Virus record (IMG/VR): IMGVR_UViG_3300028886_000001
Length of the DNA: 64,000 nucleotides
Strand: one strand, 5' to 3'
DNA from: a virus
Taxonomy: Duplodnaviria; Caudoviricetes
Part shown: positions 56,153 through 64,000 of the stretch, piece after piece
Numbering within the stretch: position 1 is the first letter of the stretch
Layout: each line of letters begins with the position of its first letter
Translations under genes and position numbers: made by a program
The notes under the pieces: generated by a model
What the model was told of the DNA's origin: nothing
Databases searched by the model: none
What the model saw: the letters and a program-made list of their open reading frames with translations, nothing else

Positions 56153-58756
56153 ATGATAATAAATGAATCTTCTTCAGAGAGAAAGTTTAAGTGTCCTTAT
56201 TGTAATTATAAAGGTACAAGAGAAAGATTAGTATCTCATGTGGAGAATAATCACAAAGAAATGATACCAGAAGGATATACAGCAGCCAGAGTTGTATTCA
56301 ATAGCATAAATCATAAAGAGGTTGGACATTGTGTTCAATGTAAAGTAAATGAGACTAAATGGAATGAAGATACGTGGAGATACGAAAGATTTTGTTCTGA
56401 TAAGTGTAGAGATGCATATGTAAAAATGGCTAAAGAAAGAATGATTAAGAAGTATGGTAAAATTAATCTTCTTAATGATGAAGAACAACAAAAGAAGATG
56501 TTAGCTAATAGAAGAATATCAGGCACATACAAATTCAGAGATGGAGGAGAAAGAACTTATTGTGGTTCTTATGAGAAGAAAACATTAGAATTCTATGATA
56601 AGGTTTTAAATGTTCCATCTAAAGATATAATGACACCTGGTCCTACAGTAATATATGACTATGAAGGCGAGAAACATAAGTGGATAACTGATATATATTA
56701 TATACCTTTTAATCTAGTACATGATATAAAAGATGGTGGAAGCAACCCTAATAAGAGAAAGATGGATGAATATAGAGCTAAACAATCTGCTAAAGAAGAA
56801 GCTATAGTAAAACAAAAACAATATAATTATATAAGACTTACAGATAATAACTTCTCTCAGTTATTATTGATTTTAGCTGAATTGAAAGAGCAAATGATAG
56901 ATGACTCAGATAATAAGACAGAAAGGATAGTCGCTATTAATGAGACATCGGTAAATTCTAAATTAGATCCTAATTTTAAGAAAGGATCTAAATATAGTAT
57001 ATCATCTTATAAGAAGATAGATATATCTGATAAAATTATAAAACAATATAAACCAAAATACAAAGAGTTGAAACATATAAGAATTGGTGGGACTTATAAA
57101 GGATACTTATATATAGATAAAGATGAATTAGTAGCTTTATTAAATGTAGATACAGAAAAGAAAGAGATACAAGCATTAGAAATCATGAATAAATATAAAG
57201 GTCATGGGTTATCAAAGCAATTATTAGATATAGCTACTAATGATTTACAAGCAAATTCATTATGGGTAAATAAAAATAATGAAGTGGCTTTAAATATATA
57301 TTCTAAATACGGGTTTAAAGAAGTGTCATCATCAGGATTGATGATAAAAATGCAATTAAAAGATACTATTAATGAAAATAATAAGAAGTATGAATATGAA
57401 ACTGGTATAGATATATTAGAACCTAGGATGGATCTAAATAAAGCTACAAGATATGATGCTACAGATGAGAATAGAATATACTATCATATACCTAAGAGGA
57501 AATTAAAGACTGGAGATAAGTATAAAGGATTTATATATGTAGATAAACTTTCTTTAGTAGGATTTATAAATGTATTTATGGAGTCTCACTTTATAGATAA
57601 TCTAGAAGTATATTCTCCATATGAAGGCATGGGTATAATACCACAAATGATATCTCAAGCTGTAAAAGAATTAGGTGCTAGAAATATTACTGTAAGGAGA
57701 AGTAATAAAGCTCTTGCTGAATTTGTAAAAGCTTTAGGATTTGAGAAATATAGACATACTTCTACTATGGATTACTATACTATTAAGGATACTAATAATG
57801 AAGCATGTGCTGCCGTAATGGCTGCTATACCACCATTAAATCCTAATATATATGTAGCTGGATATCCTGCTCCTAATGTATTTACTAAAGCTTTAGAATT
57901 ATGTACTGATAAATATGGTACTAATACAGTAAAGTATAAAGATGGTAAGCTTAAGAAGTCAAAGATATCTATAGATGATAATGTACAGCTATATAAATAT
58001 AAAGGTAAGAGAAATATAAATAAAATAGTAAAAGAAATATATGAAGATATGAATAATGGTATAGAAGTAGAACCTTCATATATTTATGAAGCTATTACTG
58101 GAAGAATAATGATGACGCCAGATCAAATAGAATATGATGAAGACTTTGAAAAAGTAAATGATGGATTTACTGAAGCTAAATATAAGTCTCAAATAGAATG
58201 TGCTACTTTAGTTCATCAGTTTATACATGAATTAACTAAGACTGATTTTAAATTTGACATAGTAGATTATATATTAAAAGATAAAGCAGATGAAATATTG
58301 AAAGATTATGATAATCTTACAATAAGACAAGATGGCGTTGGTAGATTCATGGTAATCAATAAGCTAGATGGAAAGTGTAGTAACTTTTATTATACTTTAG
58401 ATGAAATACCAAGAAATATACTACCAGATTTAAATGAACCACCTAAAGATAGACCAGATATGATAGAAGAAGATGTAAAGGTATTGACTAAGAATGATTT
58501 TAATCTTCCTATATATGATGCTAAGCTTTTAAAGAAGAAAGATAATATACTTCATGACTATCATAATCTAGATATAGTGCAAAATAGTGTAGGTAGATTT
58601 ATGGTGATTAATAATAAGAATAACAAAGTAAGTCCATATTATGATGATATGGATGATATACCAGAAGGTATGCTTAGAGAATTAAATAAAGGAGATGGAG
58701 ATAGTGGCAATATACAATATGAAGAACCAAAAAGAATTGGAAAACAAGGAGAATAA
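56153..58756 (+). CDS. Multidomain protein: C2H2 Zn finger, TnsA/T4 gp4-like nuclease, two GNAT acetyltransferases, duplicated C-terminal domain
   Basis: CPYC...HVENNH; GSYEKKTLEF...TDIYY...HDIK; YKGHGLSKQLL...NEVALNIYSKYGF; YEGMGIIPQM...ALGF; VGRFMVIN twice. Confidence 0.8.
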   Translation: MIINESSSERKFKCPYCNYKGTRERLVSHVENNHKEMIPEGYTAARVVFNSINHKEVGHCVQCKVNETKWNEDTWRYERFCSDKCRDAYVKMAKERMIKKYGKINLLNDEEQQKKMLANRRISGTYKFRDGGERTYCGSYEKKTLEFYDKVLNVPSKDIMTPGPTVIYDYEGEKHKWITDIYYIPFNLVHDIKDGGSNPNKRKMDEYRAKQSAKEEAIVKQKQYNYIRLTDNNFSQLLLILAELKEQMIDDSDNKTERIVAINETSVNSKLDPNFKKGSKYSISSYKKIDISDKIIKQYKPKYKELKHIRIGGTYKGYLYIDKDELVALLNVDTEKKEIQALEIMNKYKGHGLSKQLLDIATNDLQANSLWVNKNNEVALNIYSKYGFKEVSSSGLMIKMQLKDTINENNKKYEYETGIDILEPRMDLNKATRYDATDENRIYYHIPKRKLKTGDKYKGFIYVDKLSLVGFINVFMESHFIDNLEVYSPYEGMGIIPQMISQAVKELGARNITVRRSNKALAEFVKALGFEKYRHTSTMDYYTIKDTNNEACAAVMAAIPPLNPNIYVAGYPAPNVFTKALELCTDKYGTNTVKYKDGKLKKSKISIDDNVQLYKYKGKRNINKIVKEIYEDMNNGIEVEPSYIYEAITGRIMMTPDQIEYDEDFEKVNDGFTEAKYKSQIECATLVHQFIHELTKTDFKFDIVDYILKDKADEILKDYDNLTIRQDGVGRFMVINKLDGKCSNFYYTLDEIPRNILPDLNEPPKDRPDMIEEDVKVLTKNDFNLPIYDAKLLKKKDNILHDYHNLDIVQNSVGRFMVINNKNNKVSPYYDDMDDIPEGMLRELNKGDGDSGNIQYEEPKRIGKQGE

Positions 58757-60482
58757 ACAAGAGCCTATTATAAAGAAAACTCCTATCAAAGAAGATACAA
58801 AAATATTATCAGAAAAAGAATTTCAAATACAACTAGAATCAGCTATGAATATGAATACACTAGCTAAGCCATTAGATGAATCTATATCATTAATCAATAA
58901 GTATAAAGAGTCTAATAATATATTAGGATTATATGAAGAATTATCTAAATTATCTAAGATAAAGACTAATTCTATATATGAAGATTCTGTTATATCTAAA
59001 ACCATAAGAGATGCTAAACCCAAGTTTGATTGTAATATAAATAGTATATTTGATTATGTAAATGATTTACCATACTTCTTACCAGAAGAGATGGAAGATA
59101 TGGATATAACTATAGATAGCAATGGATTAGATTTAGGTAATGATGTATCTTTGAAAGAATGGTACAATAAATATAAAGCTACATGTTTATTAGGAAGTGT
59201 AAATGAATATAGTTCTTTATGGGTTAATAAACTTAAAGAGCTTTATTCAGATTATGATAAGATATTAGAATGTGGTAATGATGATAAAATAGAACAGAGA
59301 AGACTAGATATACTTAAATTAGGATGGAATCCAGAATTGCCTTTTACTATAAAGACTAGACAGATGGTTACAGAAAGGACAAGAAATAAATTAAAAGCTA
59401 GATGTAATGATTGTTGCATAGATATATCTGAAAGTTTTAAAGATGTATCTGATAATGATATAGTATTAGAAGGAAAGTCTTCTTATAGAGAACCATTGTT
59501 TGTAGCATTAAGTTATAGTGGATATGCTTTTAGTAATCTTATAAAAGTTTATACTCATTCTAAGTATTCACATGCTGCATTAGGGTTATCTTCAGATTTA
59601 AAACAATTATATTCTTTTAATCTAAATGATGGAAGTAGAGGATTCTCTGTAGAAGGAATAGACTCTTATAGGAAGATAAATGATAAAAGCGAAATAGCAG
59701 TATTTGTTACTTTTATACCTAAATATAAATTCCAACAAGTAAAAGCTAAGATAAACGATTTTGTAAAGAATATAGATAAGACAAGTTATAGTGTTTTAAA
59801 TATATTAGGATTAGCTGCTGGAGTAAATATAGAAAGAGAAAAAAGTATGATATGCTCTCAATTTGTAGATACTATATTAAAATCTATAAATATAAATGTA
59901 ACAGATAAGCCATCTGGTATAGTTACTCCTGCAGATATATATAATAATGCAGGTAAACTTATGTATAAAGTATATGACGGTCCAGTAACTAAATATAGTA
60001 AAGCTAAAGTAGATAGCATAATTCATAAGATAGAAAATAGTTTATCCATACATGAAGCAGTATTTATGAATGTAAAATCAACTCCAATAACTTTTGATGA
60101 AGATGGTAATCTTCTTATAAAGAATATGAAGAAGTTGGATTATGAAGCAGAGTATTCTAAGTGTCATAAGTTATTAGTATCATATGAAAAGACTAATAAT
60201 ATAGAAGGAATGAAGTATGAGTTATGTAAACTATGGTTTATGAATACTTTATTAGAAAAGAAGATATATAATAATAAGAAAGATGATAAGACTAAATATC
60301 ATAAAGCAAGAGCTAAGATACTAAATGATTTCAATTATTATCTTAAATATGTATGTAAACATGATAAAGACTTTAATTTTACAGAGTATTATAATAATAC
60401 TCCATTCTCAGATGCAGCTACTAAAATAGATAAACATACACTAAAGTATGGAGTTAGACTAATTAAATCTATATTAATATAA
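58695..60482 (+). CDS. Probable virion protein with internal permuted papain-like amidase (YiiX/YaeF-type NlpC/P60) domain
   Basis: SKYSHAAL...MICSQFV...VTPAD; likely GTG start at 58704. Confidence 0.75.
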   Translation: MEIVAIYNMKNQKELENKENKQEPIIKKTPIKEDTKILSEKEFQIQLESAMNMNTLAKPLDESISLINKYKESNNILGLYEELSKLSKIKTNSIYEDSVISKTIRDAKPKFDCNINSIFDYVNDLPYFLPEEMEDMDITIDSNGLDLGNDVSLKEWYNKYKATCLLGSVNEYSSLWVNKLKELYSDYDKILECGNDDKIEQRRLDILKLGWNPELPFTIKTRQMVTERTRNKLKARCNDCCIDISESFKDVSDNDIVLEGKSSYREPLFVALSYSGYAFSNLIKVYTHSKYSHAALGLSSDLKQLYSFNLNDGSRGFSVEGIDSYRKINDKSEIAVFVTFIPKYKFQQVKAKINDFVKNIDKTSYSVLNILGLAAGVNIEREKSMICSQFVDTILKSININVTDKPSGIVTPADIYNNAGKLMYKVYDGPVTKYSKAKVDSIIHKIENSLSIHEAVFMNVKSTPITFDEDGNLLIKNMKKLDYEAEYSKCHKLLVSYEKTNNIEGMKYELCKLWFMNTLLEKKIYNNKKDDKTKYHKARAKILNDFNYYLKYVCKHDKDFNFTEYYNNTPFSDAATKIDKHTLKYGVRLIKSILI

Positions 60483-60488
60483 TCTTAA

Positions 60489-60522
60489 AGACCTAGTGAG
60501 AAATCACTAGGTCTATTTTTTT
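60489..60522 (+). terminator. Intrinsic terminator
   Basis: AGACCTAGTGA-GAAA-TCACTAGGTCT then T7. Confidence 0.85.
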
Positions 60523-60588
60523 ACGTTAAATATAACTTACGAGTGTTAAAAGAATAATAGAACTTCATATGTTCTAATATATTTTTTA

Positions 60589-60600
60589 ATTATATATTAT
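60589..60600 (+). promoter_or_regulatory. Putative early promoter
   Basis: ATTATATATTAT-ACATGT-G then TGATTAC/GTAATCA hairpin. Confidence 0.75.
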
Positions 60601-60651
60601 ACATGTGATTACAATGTAATCATAAAATTTATTTTAAGGAGGTTGATCTAA

Positions 60652-60813
60652 ATGATCAATGTTAAAAGATTAGAATGGTTTAAAAACGGAGGAGTTGAAG
60701 AACAATTTGAATGTATGAACGACATCACACAAATGTATGAAGAGATTGCTAAATCTATAAGACGTAAACTACTTGAAAGGTATAGCTATTTATCTGATAT
60801 AGTTATACATTAA
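60652..60813 (+). CDS. Small early protein (53 aa)
   Basis: Not in ORF track. TAAGGAGGT SD; MINVKRLEWFKNGGVEEQFECMNDITQMYEEIAKSIRRKLLERYSYLSDIVIH. Confidence 0.7.
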   Translation: MINVKRLEWFKNGGVEEQFECMNDITQMYEEIAKSIRRKLLERYSYLSDIVIH

Positions 60814-60907
60814 ATCGCTAGTAATAATTTATTATGAAAACGTATATATATAGAGCCACATGTCTGGCTCTATTTTTTTTAAAATATAATTTAAAGGAGA
60901 AAAAATA

Positions 60908-61936
60908 ATGATTAAGTTAATAAGTAATGATGAGAAAAAATTAGCAGAATTGGCAAAGAGGAATACTTATATTATACGATATATAGAAAACCCTACAGAA
61001 GATATGCAGTTAGATTTTGTACGTAAAATTGGTTATAATATACAAGGTATAAAAAACCCTACAGAAAAAGTAAAATTAGAAGCGGTAAAACAAAATGGTT
61101 CTTCTATAAAATATATAAAAAAACCTTCAAAAGAAGTACAATTAGCAGCCGTAAGGGAAGATGGCTATGCTATAGAATATATAAGTGATCCATCAGAAGA
61201 GATACAATTAGAAGCGGTAAAACAAAATGGTTCTTCTATAAAATATATAAAAAACCCTTCAAAAGAAGTACAATTAGAAGCAGTTAAACAAAATGGCTAT
61301 GCTATACAATATATAAGCGATCCATCAGAAGAAGTACAATTAGAAGCGGTAAAACGAAATGGATGTGTTATAGAATATATAGAAAACCCATCAGAAGAAG
61401 TACAATTAGCTGCTATAAAACGAGATAGTTATATTATACGATGTATAAATGAACCTTCAGAAGAGATACAATTAGCTGCCGTAAAACGAAATGGATGTGT
61501 TATAGAATATATAGAAAACCCATCAGAAGAAGTACAATTAGAAGCAGTTAAACAAAATTGCTGTGCTATAGAATATATAAGCGATCCATCAGAAGAAGTA
61601 CAATTAGAAGCAGTTAAACAACGATACCCACATGTAGTAGAAAATATTAAAATAAAATTATGTGAAAAAGCGACTGATTATCTTATAAATAATCCTATAG
61701 AGATGTATAAGATTACTAATAATATGTATGTCTTTAAAACAACAGGAAGAGATGTTGTATGTGAATATAAAGATAATCAATGGTATTATAGTTTAGGATG
61801 TCAGTATAATATAACAAAAGATGTATTTATTGATAGAATATATAATGATGGAGAAGGTGATCCTGATAAGTTCCCACATAGAAAACAGTATTTAGAAGTT
61901 ATAGATTATGTAGAAAATTTGGATATGAATAAGTAA
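60908..61936 (+). CDS. DUF4116-like 22-residue tandem repeat protein
   Basis: About 10-11 copies of I.YI.NPSEEVQLEAVKQNG (66-bp unit) plus C-terminal LGCQ domain. Confidence 0.8.
   Translation: MIKLISNDEKKLAELAKRNTYIIRYIENPTEDMQLDFVRKIGYNIQGIKNPTEKVKLEAVKQNGSSIKYIKKPSKEVQLAAVREDGYAIEYISDPSEEIQLEAVKQNGSSIKYIKNPSKEVQLEAVKQNGYAIQYISDPSEEVQLEAVKRNGCVIEYIENPSEEVQLAAIKRDSYIIRCINEPSEEIQLAAVKRNGCVIEYIENPSEEVQLEAVKQNCCAIEYISDPSEEVQLEAVKQRYPHVVENIKIKLCEKATDYLINNPIEMYKITNNMYVFKTTGRDVVCEYKDNQWYYSLGCQYNITKDVFIDRIYNDGEGDPDKFPHRKQYLEVIDYVENLDMNK
60975..61622 (+). repeat. 66-bp coding tandem repeat
   Basis: Recurring CC(A/T)TCAGAAGAAGTACAATTAGAAGC...AAAC. Confidence 0.9.
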
Positions 61937-61940
61937 TATA

Positions 61941-61952
61941 ATTATATATTAT
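61941..61952 (+). promoter_or_regulatory. Putative early promoter
   Basis: ATTATATATTAT-ATAGAA-G. Confidence 0.7.
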
Positions 61953-61988
61953 ATAGAAGTAATATAAATATTAATGGAGGGAATTAAA

Positions 61989-62432
61989 ATGAGTGAAATA
62001 ATTATTGAAAGAACAAAATCAAATATCCCATGTATATGGGAATCAGGAGGTGCTTATACAAACACAGCAAACTGTGTTATGGTATGTAATATGTACGGTA
62101 ATCCTAAAAAACCAGTATATATAACAAAACATGGTCCAAGAGCATGTGGTGATCATGCTTTAATACCAATCAGAGAAAATGACTATACAATAAGTATGAC
62201 TAAAGATAGATATGGTATGAATGCTAGCATATATAAAATTATTAAAATCAATGATAATAATACATGTGAAGTAGAAAGAATAAATCAATACATAGAAGAT
62301 GAAGATAATGAAATAAGAGGTTGGACAGAAGAGTATGATCCTATGTTTGATAATGTTATTCAAGCAGGTAAAGAAAAAATGAATGATTATCATTGTAGAA
62401 ATCCATATTATATAATAGAGGGGGAAATATAA
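61989..62432 (+). CDS. Hypothetical protein
   Basis: Start MSEII behind GGAGGG; WESGGAYTNT, YHCRNPYY. Confidence 0.75.
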   Translation: MSEIIIERTKSNIPCIWESGGAYTNTANCVMVCNMYGNPKKPVYITKHGPRACGDHALIPIRENDYTISMTKDRYGMNASIYKIIKINDNNTCEVERINQYIEDEDNEIRGWTEEYDPMFDNVIQAGKEKMNDYHCRNPYYIIEGEI

Positions 62433-63080
62433 ATGATTTATGTAACACTAGGTAGATTAAGAAAGAACGGGCATAATATAAAACTTATAGAAAACCCAAC
62501 TATAGAGGAACAATTAGTAGCAGTTAGTGCTAATGGCTATGCTATACAATATATAAACGAACCTTCTGAGGAAATACAATTAGCTGCTATAAATAATGAG
62601 GCAGATGCTATAAAGTATATAAAAGATCCTTCAGAAGAGATAAAAAGAAAAGCTGTTAGAAATAAATCTACATCTATAAAGTATATAAAGAATCCTTCTA
62701 AGGATATACAACTATTATCAATTAGACAAGATCCAAAAAATATACATTTTATAGAAAATCCATGTAAAGATGCTGTATTAGAAGCTTTAAAACATGGAGT
62801 AGGTATTAATAATATAGAGTCTACTTACATGACTAAAGTATATATAAAGAAATTCTTTAGTGTTCTTACTGAAGATGAGCTTTTTTATGTATTACAAGAA
62901 ATATTCTTATATAGAAATAAGAATGAAAAAATAAATGATGCAATAAAATGGGCTATGACATTCGGAGAAGAATATGATCTAAATATTTATAATAGGATAG
63001 TAGATAAATATGGAGAAGTGCAAGAAGGAGTAGATTATAAAATATATGGAAAAAGTTATGAGGAGGATGACGAATGTTAA
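62433..63080 (+). CDS. DUF4116-like repeat protein (paralogue of 60908..61936)
   Basis: About five degenerate IQYINEPSEEIQLAA repeats. Confidence 0.75.
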   Translation: MIYVTLGRLRKNGHNIKLIENPTIEEQLVAVSANGYAIQYINEPSEEIQLAAINNEADAIKYIKDPSEEIKRKAVRNKSTSIKYIKNPSKDIQLLSIRQDPKNIHFIENPCKDAVLEALKHGVGINNIESTYMTKVYIKKFFSVLTEDELFYVLQEIFLYRNKNEKINDAIKWAMTFGEEYDLNIYNRIVDKYGEVQEGVDYKIYGKSYEEDDEC

Positions 63081-63298
63081 TAGTATATATGATATTCTTT
63101 ACACTTAATGCTTTACTACTAATTTATACTATTGTAGGATCAATATGTATATATAAGGATAAGAATAAAGGAACAATACTTATTAGATTGGATAAAGGTA
63201 AAGTAGTTAGATGGTTAGGAAGAATAGCTAAAATAGATTTTGCAGCTATGATAATTCAGATTATATTATTAATCATTACTGGTGTAATGAATATATAA
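63074..63298 (+). CDS. Small two-TM membrane protein
   Basis: Two hydrophobic segments, GAGGAGG SD. Confidence 0.7.
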   Translation: MLIVYMIFFTLNALLLIYTIVGSICIYKDKNKGTILIRLDKGKVVRWLGRIAKIDFAAMIIQIILLIITGVMNI

Positions 63299-63335
63299 AG
63301 AAAGCTTGAACAGCTTTCTTTTTTATTTTTTGGTG

Positions 63336-63347
63336 AACATTTTAGTA
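63336..63347 (+). promoter_or_regulatory. Putative late promoter AACA-N6-TA
   Basis: AACA-TTTTAG-TA after terminator. Confidence 0.6.
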
Positions 63348-63382
63348 TTATACTAAAATAATATATTATGGAGGGGTTACAT

Positions 63383-64000
63383 ATGATCTTAACAGGAAAA
63401 GAAATAGTAAAACAAGTAAAGGAAGGAAATATATTTATAGAAGGATTTGATGAAAATAAAGCTAATCCTAATAGCTATAATCTTACATTGAATAATAAAC
63501 TATTAGTATATACTTCTAATATATTAGACATGAAGCATCAAAATAATACTACAGAAATAACTATTCCAGAAGAAGGCTTAGTATTACAACCAGGCACATT
63601 ATATTTAGGAAAGACTAATGAAAGAACTTTTACAGATAAATATGTTCCTATGTTAGAAGGAAGATCTTCTATAGGTAGATTAGGAATATATATACATGTA
63701 ACAGCTGGATTTGGAGATATAGGATTTAATGGTAATTGGACATTAGAAATACAATGCGTACAACCAGTAAGAATATATCCTAATGTAGATATATGTCAAA
63801 TATACTATCATACTCCAGAAGGAGATACTTCTATACAATATGATGGAAAGTATCAAGGAGATACAGAAATAGGTTCTAGTAAATTATATGAAGATTTTAA
63901 TGAAGGACTTACAGCAGATGAGAAGTTAGATAAATTCTTTACTGCATGGTGTGATAATATACATGCTTCTAAATATAATGCTAAATCAGATGTAAGTGAT
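63383..64000 (+). CDS. dcd: dCTP deaminase (runs off window end)
   Basis: Not in ORF track. MILTGKEI...NPNSYNLTL...EGRSSIGRLGIYIHVTAGFGDIGFNGNWTLEI...YDGKYQ; no stop before 64000. Confidence 0.9.
   Translation, partial: MILTGKEIVKQVKEGNIFIEGFDENKANPNSYNLTLNNKLLVYTSNILDMKHQNNTTEITIPEEGLVLQPGTLYLGKTNERTFTDKYVPMLEGRSSIGRLGIYIHVTAGFGDIGFNGNWTLEIQCVQPVRIYPNVDICQIYYHTPEGDTSIQYDGKYQGDTEIGSSKLYEDFNEGLTADEKLDKFFTAWCDNIHASKYNAKSDVSD

Noticed and set aside
56153-56940. Free-standing homing endonuclease or Tn7 element
   Set aside because: The TnsA-like domain is part of a late multidomain protein; no transposon genes or ends seen
60975-61622. Regular repeats resembling a CRISPR array
   Set aside because: 66-bp in-frame coding repeat with no unique spacers; no cas genes in the window
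1-64000. Stop-codon reassignment as in some gut jumbo phages
   Set aside because: Code 11 gives long intact genes ending in TAA, TAG and TGA with dense packing
1-64000. tRNA or rRNA genes
   Set aside because: No cloverleaf or T-loop signature seen in intergenic regions by eye; tRNAscan not run

Overview
Very AT-rich 64 kb segment of a lytic jumbo myophage of the AR9/PBS1/phiKZ-like type. The host is probably an anaerobic spore-forming Firmicute (Clostridium-like), judging by nrdG, a Spo0A effector domain, a CD1375-family gene and strong GGAGG Shine-Dalgarno sites. It encodes three separately encoded beta-prime fragments that appear to belong to two multisubunit RNA polymerases, half of a split family-B DNA polymerase, an SF2 helicase, primase, GroEL-like chaperonin, prohead protease, major capsid protein, tail sheath, baseplate and fibre genes, and dCTP deaminase. 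Most transcription units start with one of two motifs: ATTATATATTAT-N6-G (putative early, virion RNAP) or AACA-N6-T(A/G) (the AR9 late consensus, which AR9 reads through template-strand uracils). Together with a probable gp226-like specificity subunit and dCTP deaminase, this suggests a uracil-DNA phage. Other candidate systems: head polyproteins whose enzyme cassettes (two GNATs, a permuted papain-like amidase) are bounded by putative prohead-protease sites; a fibre cluster with matching N- and C-terminal docking peptides; inverted-repeat modules shared by two divergent fibre genes; three ORF-poor early structured transcripts; a Kelch plus lethal-factor-like protease fibre; and an Apyc1-like MBL hydrolase. 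All family assignments come from motif recognition by eye, not database searches.
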